Below, piece after piece: positions 8,128 to 15,645 of a stretch of DNA of 18,587 bases. Position numbers and translations under genes: made by a program. The number at the start of each line of letters is the position of its first letter. Positions within the stretch are counted from its first letter, which is position 1. Under the pieces are notes generated by a model. The model was not told where the DNA came from. It made no database searches and worked only from the letters and a program-made list of their open reading frames with translations. The stretch is from Pseudomonadota bacterium (GTDB lineage Bacteria; Bdellovibrionota; Bdellovibrionia; Bdellovibrionales; SG-bin7). The DNA is taken from NCBI GenBank assembly GCA_034439715.1, contig JAWXAY010000030.1:1-18587 (forward strand), read 5' to 3'.

Positions 8128-8901
8128 ATGGCTCAAAAGCTTTCCTGCTACATTCTTACCAAAAACAGTGAACGCTATTTACCACAGATTTTGGAACCGC
8201 TCGCCAATGTCATCGATGATTTTTTAATAGTAGACTCGGGAAGCAGTGACCTATCGGCAAGTATAGCAAAAAAATATGGTGCCAGAGTATTAATCCGCCC
8301 GTTTGATAATTTTAAAAGTCAGCGGAATTTTGCTCTCGAAAATTGCCAGCATAATTGGGTTCTCTCGTTGGATTCCGACGAAGTCCCGAACTCTGATCTC
8401 ATCGACTGTATTAAGAAATTAAAAAATAACGATTTTAATTATCAAGGTCAAATAGCTGATAGCTTCGGAATTAAACGACGCTGGATTTTATTTGGGGAAG
8501 AGGTTCATGCTTTTCTCCCTTGCTCATGTCCCGATTTCCCGATTCGACTAATCCGAAAAGATAAAGTAACATTTGGAGCTGCTAGCAACGAAGTTCATGA
8601 AACTCCGACGGGTTCGACAAAACATATAGTACTCAACGAAGGCTGTGTTTTTCATTATAGTTGCGATAGTGTTTTTGAACTATTTGCCAAAATGAATCAA
8701 TACACCACACTCGCGGCTATTGAACTGAAAAAAAAAGGACGTCAGACATCATGGCCCGATATTTTTTTTCACGCCTTCGGCGCATGGGTAAAATGGTATT
8801 TTCGCAAAGGTGGTTATAAGGACGGGAGCATTGGCTTTCTCTTGGGCATCTACGCGTGTCTGTATACGTTTTTAAAATATTTGAAATTAAAATTTGATTA
8901 G
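8128..8901 (+). CDS. Glycosyltransferase family 2, LPS beta-1,4-glucosyltransferase-like (WaaE/KdtX/LgtF type)
   Basis: IVDSGSSD, QRNFAL, WVLSLDSDE (DxD), VHE, HYS, GYKDG..G, KYLKL; AAGGAG RBS; starts 2 nt after the epimerase stop. Confidence 0.9.
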   Translation: MAQKLSCYILTKNSERYLPQILEPLANVIDDFLIVDSGSSDLSASIAKKYGARVLIRPFDNFKSQRNFALENCQHNWVLSLDSDEVPNSDLIDCIKKLKNNDFNYQGQIADSFGIKRRWILFGEEVHAFLPCSCPDFPIRLIRKDKVTFGAASNEVHETPTGSTKHIVLNEGCVFHYSCDSVFELFAKMNQYTTLAAIELKKKGRQTSWPDIFFHAFGAWVKWYFRKGGYKDGSIGFLLGIYACLYTFLKYLKLKFD

Positions 8902-8903
8902 GG

Positions 8904-9806
8904 CTACTTTGTCGCCTCTATCGTCGTGGCTGGCACGGGTACTTTTTGGGGAAATTCACCCACTGTCCAAGAGGCCTGACTTTTACATTCTTCTTTTGCT
9001 TCATTAAGTCTAATTGAGCTAAAGTCTTGTCTATCTCGATTTCCACCACTAAAAAAAAACGAAGCATCTAAATTGCATTTTTTTTCGCCGCCACTACTTA
9101 GTTTATTAACGAGGGCCACTTTCCAAGCAGAGATAGTATCGGGCGACGCACCAAACTTAGTGCCGTAGTTGAGGTATTCGCCTTTATATTCAGTAACGTC
9201 CATTAAATTTTCTATTTTTTCGGTATCAGTAATTTTCCGTTTGTCCGGGTATTTCACGTAGCGAACAGGACTAATTTCATCTAATTGTTTCTTCATTTTT
9301 TCCACTTCTGCACTCATGCCCTTAGTGGACAAATGTTTTGCATCTAGGCTAGTGAATTTTTTTTGTCGACTCTCAATGAACAAGAAACTACCATTCTTTG
9401 TGTCAAACAACAGGCTTTCGCCGTTGGCCATGTGTATGCGCACTCTATTTGCTTCGCTGGGCAATATTTCTAGCTGGGGTGTTTTTTCGCCAGGAAAGAC
9501 CAAAACCTGTTGCATTGTTAGAAAGCCCCATCCATCCTTGATGTTACGATCGGCGGAGATCGTGGTTTGACCCGTTGAAGTGAACATCCAGTTTACCGAT
9601 ACGCCATCTGGATAGATATAATTTAATTTTAGGACACATTCTTCTTTTCCTTTTCTCTTTATGGCAGTGAATTGATAGCCCAGCTTGCCAACTGTCAGTT
9701 CTTCGGATGTGGGTTTACAAGGACGCTCTTTTGCCTGTCCAATACTAATATTCAATAGGACCGCAAAAAGCAGGGCCATGGAGCCAGAAAAGTCACTTAT
9801 TAGCAT
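8904..9806 (-). CDS. Secreted hypothetical protein
   Basis: 300 aa ORF; hydrophobic signal ending GQA (alternative start ATG 9779); four Cys; no family recognised. Confidence 0.7.
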   Translation of the reverse strand: MLISDFSGSMALLFAVLLNISIGQAKERPCKPTSEELTVGKLGYQFTAIKRKGKEECVLKLNYIYPDGVSVNWMFTSTGQTTISADRNIKDGWGFLTMQQVLVFPGEKTPQLEILPSEANRVRIHMANGESLLFDTKNGSFLFIESRQKKFTSLDAKHLSTKGMSAEVEKMKKQLDEISPVRYVKYPDKRKITDTEKIENLMDVTEYKGEYLNYGTKFGASPDTISAWKVALVNKLSSGGEKKCNLDASFFFSGGNRDRQDFSSIRLNEAKEECKSQASWTVGEFPQKVPVPATTIEATK

Positions 9807-9940
9807 ATTTATATATTTACAAATATTTCATGTGTTTACAAGGAATCACAACAATAAACTGTCAACAAAGTAAACAAGAAAATGTAAATAACCGCTTGGC
9901 ATGCCTTGCATATAGAAAGTTAAATTTCCAGGAGAGTAAA

Positions 9941-11359
9941 ATGAGTCACTTAAAGGGCATAAGAAAAATTAAGTTGGTGGTTTTACCCAGCCTTATAATG
10001 GCTATTATATTAGGTATGAGTAAGTCCCAGGGGAATGAAAAAACTTCTGATCTTTCACAAGACTTACAAAAAATTACAAATGAAATTCAAGCTCTAAATA
10101 CTTTGATTAGGAATTACAGTAATCCAGACTACATATTTGAGTATGGGCCCACATACTATAGTCAAAAGTTTTATAATAGAGTAATAACGACAAGTGAAAC
10201 ACTTCAGGCAATTAGACGACGGTCACTAATTAACATAGATAATATGAGCGCCTACCAAAACGTGGCCAGGGAGTTTTCTTACACGCTTCTAATGGCCAAA
10301 GATTGTATCCAGAGAAAAGATACTTATATGTTTGGACTCAGGTCAATTCAAGTTTCATTATTAAATACCAGCGATACAATTAGATTTGTTGATTTTAGCG
10401 TTTTAAATCAAGATGAAATTTTAAAACTACTTAATGAGTATGAAAAACAATATGAGTCTGATCCCTTTTTTAAGGAACATAGAAAATCGGGTAGACGCTA
10501 TGGCAGCCCGATATTACTTTATGATATCGACCGGATCAGAGAGAAAATAAACGATGGTGAGATGGGTGCTATAGGCCTAAAGGCAGCCATGATGTTAGCT
10601 CAAAGTGCAGATAATAGAATATCTTTTGAGTTGGTAAATGGGGTAAAAAATATCTGGCAACTTCAAGCGCTCTCATTATTTTTAGAAACTATGTCTGTAA
10701 ATATTACTTCAGTAAGCGAACTGGCAACACAAAAAAAATATGCTCCAGGTATTCACGCCGCGAACACGCCTGCACTCTTACTCGCCTATGAAAGAGCTTT
10801 AAACTCCGAATTCACAAATCTTTCGGGTCACGATACGCCAACTGATAAGATTTTACAGCTTTTAGGAAATAATGAAAATGCTTTAAAGTTTTTTGAAGTG
10901 TTGGCAGAAATGCAACCACTACTAGTTCAACTGGGCCTTCATTTAAATCATCCTGAACTTCTTAAACTTTTACAAAATGTAAACCCATTTCAATTAAAGG
11001 CACTTAATCAACTGGCCAAGTTACAAAATCATCTCTTACCAAAAGATATAGAGGTCACCAAAACCTATGGGCAAAATAATCCGCCGCCACTTCTAGAAAA
11101 GATCATTGGTTATGACAAATTAGTCTTCGGTGATCATCGTATAACATTAACGCACCATCTTCCAAGTCCGCAAAATTTAAGACGAGTCTACGACTTTGTT
11201 TCTGCTATCGGCAATGTTAATGGTGAAATAGAATTACAATCCTACCTACAACAATTAGATCTCTATTTAATATCTATTGGAGAAAATTTAAAAACAAGTA
11301 CCTTTAATCCCCAAATTCAAAGTTTAACAACAAAAGCGTGTGCAATATTATTCAAATAA
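9941..11359 (+). CDS. Secreted alpha-helical hypothetical protein ending in CAILFK
   Basis: Start reassigned to ATG 9941 because of the AGGAGAG RBS and the signal-like MSHLKGIRKIKLVVLPSLIMAIILG; no family recognised. Confidence 0.75.
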   Translation: MSHLKGIRKIKLVVLPSLIMAIILGMSKSQGNEKTSDLSQDLQKITNEIQALNTLIRNYSNPDYIFEYGPTYYSQKFYNRVITTSETLQAIRRRSLINIDNMSAYQNVAREFSYTLLMAKDCIQRKDTYMFGLRSIQVSLLNTSDTIRFVDFSVLNQDEILKLLNEYEKQYESDPFFKEHRKSGRRYGSPILLYDIDRIREKINDGEMGAIGLKAAMMLAQSADNRISFELVNGVKNIWQLQALSLFLETMSVNITSVSELATQKKYAPGIHAANTPALLLAYERALNSEFTNLSGHDTPTDKILQLLGNNENALKFFEVLAEMQPLLVQLGLHLNHPELLKLLQNVNPFQLKALNQLAKLQNHLLPKDIEVTKTYGQNNPPPLLEKIIGYDKLVFGDHRITLTHHLPSPQNLRRVYDFVSAIGNVNGEIELQSYLQQLDLYLISIGENLKTSTFNPQIQSLTTKACAILFK

Positions 11360-11396
11360 GTTGGCAACTGCACCTTCGATGCCGTAACAAAAAAGG

Positions 11397-11462
11397 CGGC
11401 TCAATTTCGGCTCCAAGTGCGCGCTATTACGCCTAAATTCCGGTTGGTTAGCGCCTAAAACA
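11397..11462 (+). repeat. 11-bp phased imperfect direct repeat array
   Basis: Units starting at 11397, 11408, 11419, 11430, 11441, 11452: cggctcaattt / cggctccaagt / gcgcgctatta / cgcctaaattc / cggttggttag / cgcctaaaaca. Confidence 0.55.
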
Positions 11463-11471
11463 TGTTCTAAA

Positions 11472-11488
11472 GGGGCACGATCCTTGCT
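11472..11488 (+). promoter_or_regulatory. Sigma54 (-24/-12) promoter of the S41 protease gene
   Basis: GGGGCACGATCCTTGCT is near consensus (GGCACG-N4-TTGCT), followed by a GAGGA RBS and ATG 11516. Confidence 0.8.
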
Positions 11489-11515
11489 AAAAGTATATTG
11501 AATCAGAGGACGTCC

Positions 11516-13468
11516 ATGATTTTTTTTAGTCCGTTATTACGTTTGTTGGTCTTTCCCGTCTTACTTTGGGGGCCTTCCGCCTTTTCCGCACCACAGTTAA
11601 CTTGTGCCAGTTCTTTTGCTTCTTTCAGATTGTTTGAAGAAAAACCCGAAGTTAAATTGGTTTCACTGGCCTTCGAAAACCACGTCAGCCAACATAATGT
11701 CGATGAAATCGCCACAAAATCCGCACTTAAAAGTTTCGCAGATATCATTGACCCATTGGGAATGGGACTATTTGAAAGTGAACGCCAAGAACTTTTAAAT
11801 CCCACGTCAGAATTGGTGACCAAAGTGCACAATGAGGTGTTTTTTTCAGAAACCAGTGAATATTTTGTTAACCTCACCAAACTAATGACGGCTCGATATG
11901 AAAAATTAATGCAAATGTTTTTGAAGGATTCTCGCATTAGAAGACAAGTATTGCCCCGAGTACAGGAAATAAAAACACATCCCCCAGATTCTAATAAACA
12001 GGTTTCCTACCCAAAGGACATGAATGACATGTCCCTTCATCTTGTCAATTATTTGGCCCAAAAGGTGATTTGGTATCAGGAATTTTTGGCTACCACCAAA
12101 ACGACAACGACAGAAATCGAAGCTTATCAGATAGTCCTTAGAAATGCGCGGGACACTATTGAATTAGTAAAGCGTAAACTATCTCCAGATGATCTCTCGA
12201 TTTATATTGCAAGTGCCTATGTCGATTATCTCGACCCTCATTCTAGCCTAAGTGATCCTTATGACACAAATGCACAGTATAAAAGAATGCGGAGTTCGCG
12301 GGCTGGAGTGGGCGTGCAGTTCTATCCAACCGCAGATGGCATAAAAGTATCAGCTGTTGTGCCCGACAGTCCCGCGGAACGTGCCGGAATACGTGAGGGA
12401 GATTTAATAACACACATTGAAGGCTCGGCAATTGATCCTTATTTGAATTTTAAAACTGGGAGTCCGTCAAAAGGCAGAGTGTCTGTCAAAAAGATAATTA
12501 AGGGCGTGTTCGGACAACTTAAAAGTCGTTGGGTCTCACATAAAAGCTTTTCTACGAGTACCTTTTTTAATTTTTTTGAAGGCACTCTTGGTTCAAAGTT
12601 GGGAGTAAAAATAATTCGCGACGGTGAAATTCGAAAAATCAAAATTATTCGTCAGAATATTGAAACAAGTTCATTTGCCATAGAAACGGAAATTAGTACT
12701 ATAGATCAAGGCGAAATTGCACATATAAATTTTAGGTCTTTCTATCATGGTTCTGCTCTACAGTTACGCGGAGAAATAGAAAAAATTAAATCAAAACACA
12801 AACTAGTCGGAGTAATATTGGATTTAAGACTAAATGGTGGCGGTAGTGTCGATGAGCTGATCGGCATTCTTGGATTATTTGTTGAAAAGGGTCCTGCATT
12901 CGGAACAATTTCTGCCGCCGAGACCAAAATGAAAAATATTTCTGCCGGCAATAAAACAGCTTGGGACGGGCCCCTCCTCGTCATTACAGACCCCTACTCG
13001 GCAAGCGCCTCTGAAGCCCTAAGCGGCGCGCTTCAAGATTATAGTCGCGCAATTATAGTGGGCGGCCCAAATACTTTTGGTAAAGGAACCCTTCAGTCGG
13101 ATTTTTTGTCGGGAATGCTGCGCTTAACCACGGACATGTATTTTACGCCAAGCGGTCAAAGCCCTCAACTTAAGGGAGTATCTTCTGACATTCTTTTTTC
13201 GCGGCAAGCTGGCTATTACACGCGAATGGAGACAAATTTACCCGGTGCGCTCCCACCACTCCACGCTAAAAGTTATCTCGAGCAAAGTGATTTATTGCCC
13301 GGCGAAAAGCTAAAATCGCACCTTCCCCAGCTGCGTGAACAGTCCCGACAACGCCAGGTCCAGCAGCCAGCGGCAGACAGTGACCAAGAAATTCTACGCC
13401 AAAACACCCTAGAGGCCATGGCGATCATGAAGGATTATATCGAAGCTAGCGGTACAGCTAGCCCCTAG
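11516..13468 (+). CDS. Carboxy-terminal processing protease, peptidase S41A (Prc/Tsp-like) with PDZ domain
   Basis: Signal peptide ending AFS; LDPHS; PDZ GVGVQF...DSPAERAGIREGDLI; DLRLNGGG; SASASE (catalytic Ser); TFGKG (catalytic Lys). Start moved from TTG 11498 to ATG 11516 because of the RBS and promoter position. Confidence 0.92.
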   Translation: MIFFSPLLRLLVFPVLLWGPSAFSAPQLTCASSFASFRLFEEKPEVKLVSLAFENHVSQHNVDEIATKSALKSFADIIDPLGMGLFESERQELLNPTSELVTKVHNEVFFSETSEYFVNLTKLMTARYEKLMQMFLKDSRIRRQVLPRVQEIKTHPPDSNKQVSYPKDMNDMSLHLVNYLAQKVIWYQEFLATTKTTTTEIEAYQIVLRNARDTIELVKRKLSPDDLSIYIASAYVDYLDPHSSLSDPYDTNAQYKRMRSSRAGVGVQFYPTADGIKVSAVVPDSPAERAGIREGDLITHIEGSAIDPYLNFKTGSPSKGRVSVKKIIKGVFGQLKSRWVSHKSFSTSTFFNFFEGTLGSKLGVKIIRDGEIRKIKIIRQNIETSSFAIETEISTIDQGEIAHINFRSFYHGSALQLRGEIEKIKSKHKLVGVILDLRLNGGGSVDELIGILGLFVEKGPAFGTISAAETKMKNISAGNKTAWDGPLLVITDPYSASASEALSGALQDYSRAIIVGGPNTFGKGTLQSDFLSGMLRLTTDMYFTPSGQSPQLKGVSSDILFSRQAGYYTRMETNLPGALPPLHAKSYLEQSDLLPGEKLKSHLPQLREQSRQRQVQQPAADSDQEILRQNTLEAMAIMKDYIEASGTASP

Positions 13469-14223
13469 TTAACAACCTTTTTGGGCGGCGCAAAATCCAC
13501 GTTATTCTTTAACCAGTCGACAAATGCCGGCTGCTCAGTCATGGGCTTGCCCGGCACAAGAATCTTTGGATCCTTCCATTGTGCCATGACGACAGCGTCT
13601 TGAGTCCAAACTTTAATACGTCGCCGAGGGACCTTGTTTTGCCAGTTCTCACCGATAACTGCATTGGTGTAGAGAAGGCGCACCGTTACATTACGGGATA
13701 GAAGCTCGAGCACACTAAGATCAATGGCCTTATACGCCTTCTCACCTTTCATTTTGGGGAGATCTGGCGCCCCATCTGAAATCATGATTATGGATAGAGG
13801 CTTTAGAATCAGCTTTCGATTTTGGACGTATTCAGCAACCTGTTTAAAAAAAGCGTTATAGTCGGTAAAAGGATTCTCTTTTTTCTTAGTAAAAATCTTT
13901 TTTAGTTCTGCTAGAATTTGATCTTCGCTGGCATTCCTAAAGGTTTCTATCGGGTAAAAAGTTTTAGCTTCGTTCGCTTTGGCACCACCAAGTGAACCAA
14001 CGAATAAAGAGTGCGGGACTTCTAATTCACCAATGGCATTAAGGTGAAAATATAAGTATTTTGCTAAGAAGGTAAGTGAGTCGTCAAAGTATTTACTTTG
14101 CAAAAATGATCCACTGACGTCAACGCCCACAAAAACCACATTGCGAGGAATAGGCTGGGGTTGCTCCTCTGCCGAAAGATAAATGAAAGGTAAAACAACA
14201 AAAGCCAGTATGAGTTTTTTCAT
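13465..14223 (-). CDS. Exported von Willebrand factor A (vWA) domain protein with intact MIDAS
   Basis: Signal peptide; FVGVDVSGSF (DxSxS), FTDY (Thr), IIMISDG (Asp). Start overlaps the upstream stop (ATGA). Confidence 0.8.
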   Translation of the reverse strand: MKKLILAFVVLPFIYLSAEEQPQPIPRNVVFVGVDVSGSFLQSKYFDDSLTFLAKYLYFHLNAIGELEVPHSLFVGSLGGAKANEAKTFYPIETFRNASEDQILAELKKIFTKKKENPFTDYNAFFKQVAEYVQNRKLILKPLSIIMISDGAPDLPKMKGEKAYKAIDLSVLELLSRNVTVRLLYTNAVIGENWQNKVPRRRIKVWTQDAVVMAQWKDPKILVPGKPMTEQPAFVDWLKNNVDFAPPKKVVN

Positions 14224-15416
14224 ATTTGACTCTTTTGTGAGGCCTTTTTAATCAACTCACTGGCTGCTTTTAACTCGGAGATGTCTTTAAACGGAAGATC
14301 AAAAAGATGCTGCGAAATGAGTAATAACGTTAAAAAATTAAGTCCGGCCGCCAAGACATTCAGGGGGGGCAAAATAAACGAACTCAAAAGATCGTTGCTG
14401 TAGTCCTGAATCCACTTTGCTTCAGCCTTAATTTGATTGATGAGGTTACTCGTTAAAAGAAAAGAACCTTGCAAAGGAGTTGAATTCGATTTGGCAGCCC
14501 CGGCGTTTACTCCGGTACCCTGAATGATGGCCATCAATGTCGGAGTTCCACTCGCGGCAAATAGGAACCAAGATAAAGCGCGAATGCCCAACCAGGTTAT
14601 ACTAGCAATGGCGAGGGTGCCGAAAATTCCTAAATCGGCCTTTCCGCCACTGTGCTGAGCAAACCACGGTACAAGTGCATCGACAAATTCCCGGTAAAGA
14701 AAGATGATCTCGACAAACATGGAGATTAACTCAATGACAGTAATTTTCAAAATAGCGGGGATGTTTCGAGTAGCAACTGCCTGAGCCCACGTTGATAACA
14801 CCGCATAACTGCCAAGAACGATAAAGAACATAAACAAAAATAGCGGGATGCGTACGAAAGATTCGGTGAGAGGTTGTCCCGTCATATTCGATAACGTATC
14901 GATAACAAGAGGGGTCATTACAAAAGTAAATATTACGGCTTCAAGCAAACCCCAAAAAAGTGTAAGTCCCACTGCTAGCCAAGGTATATTGGGATTGAGT
15001 ACGTCGTGACTGACATTTCTAATGACCCGAAACGGAGTTAATATGATGTCTTGAATCAAGATCCAAATGCCCAAAATAACTAACCGAACAAAATTTAGTA
15101 TCGCTATTATAAAATGAAAAGAAAATTTAAAGGTGCCAGCCCATAGGCTAAAAATGGCGCGCCCGAGATCCCACCAGGTGACGAGTAAAGCCGTTAAAAA
15201 TGTTTTACGGTCTGAGCGAAATAAAACACTGATTAAACCGACAATACTTGTCCAGTAGCCAAGAATTATCGCACACATTGGAAGAACGAGAAATACCCTC
15301 TTTACAATGCTGATTTCAATGGAGTCGTCGGCGCCCCAGCAGAAAAAAAACATAGTCGATAGAATCGGTAAAAATAGAATTGATAAAAATAGTTGTACTA
15401 TTTGGTTGGCTGCCAT
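14220..15416 (-). CDS. Polytopic inner-membrane protein of unknown function
   Basis: Roughly 9-10 hydrophobic segments by eye over 398 aa; GAGG RBS; translationally coupled to the vWA gene. Confidence 0.85.
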   Translation of the reverse strand: MAANQIVQLFLSILFLPILSTMFFFCWGADDSIEISIVKRVFLVLPMCAIILGYWTSIVGLISVLFRSDRKTFLTALLVTWWDLGRAIFSLWAGTFKFSFHFIIAILNFVRLVILGIWILIQDIILTPFRVIRNVSHDVLNPNIPWLAVGLTLFWGLLEAVIFTFVMTPLVIDTLSNMTGQPLTESFVRIPLFLFMFFIVLGSYAVLSTWAQAVATRNIPAILKITVIELISMFVEIIFLYREFVDALVPWFAQHSGGKADLGIFGTLAIASITWLGIRALSWFLFAASGTPTLMAIIQGTGVNAGAAKSNSTPLQGSFLLTSNLINQIKAEAKWIQDYSNDLLSSFILPPLNVLAAGLNFLTLLLISQHLFDLPFKDISELKAASELIKKASQKSQI

Positions 15417-15492
15417 GATGAGACCTCACTAAGGTGCCTATCGCCCTAAAACTGCCATGATATTACTGTTTTGCTGCAAATCCCCACTTTGG

Positions 15493-15529
15493 TCTAAGTA
15501 AAATCTAAGGAAAATCTAAAAAAAATCTT
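15493..15529 (-). promoter_or_regulatory. 11-bp-period direct repeats, candidate OmpR/PhoB-family operator
   Basis: Plus strand TCTAAGTAAAA TCTAAGGAAAA TCTAAAAAAAA TCTT (units at 15493, 15504, 15515, 15526). On the minus strand a TATCAT -10 follows with no good -35. Confidence 0.65.
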
Positions 15530-15604
15530 GGAGCCGATGATCCGGATCGAACGGACGACCTGCGCATTACGAATGCGCTGCTCTACCAACTGAGCTACAT
15601 CGGC
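15529..15604 (-). tRNA. tRNA-Thr(CGT)
   Basis: GCCGATG/CATCGGC acceptor stem, D arm AGCTCAGTTGGTAGAGC, anticodon arm GCGCA-TTCGTAA-TGCGC, T loop TTCGATC, encoded CCA; 76 nt. Confidence 0.98.
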
Positions 15605-15616
15605 GTGTGACTAATA

Positions 15617-15645
15617 AAACTAGTCGATGTAGACTCAATTAGCAA
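15617..15645 (-). promoter_or_regulatory. Sigma70-type promoter for tRNA-Thr
   Basis: Minus strand TTGCTA-N17-TAGTTT, ending 12 nt before the mature tRNA 5' end. Confidence 0.55.

Noticed and set aside
9830..9940. N-terminal extension of the 509 aa ORF in the track
   Set aside because: The RBS and signal peptide point to ATG 9941; this stretch looks regulatory.
11407..11417. TCGGCTCCAAG, identical to the tRNA-Thr 3' end plus 2 nt, as a possible att site
   Set aside because: It is only 11 nt, inverted relative to the tRNA, there is no integrase nearby, and it is better explained as a unit of the 11-bp phased array.
13465..15604. Genomic island or prophage integrated at tRNA-Thr
   Set aside because: No integrase, no direct repeat of the tRNA 3' end, and no phage or transposase genes in the window.
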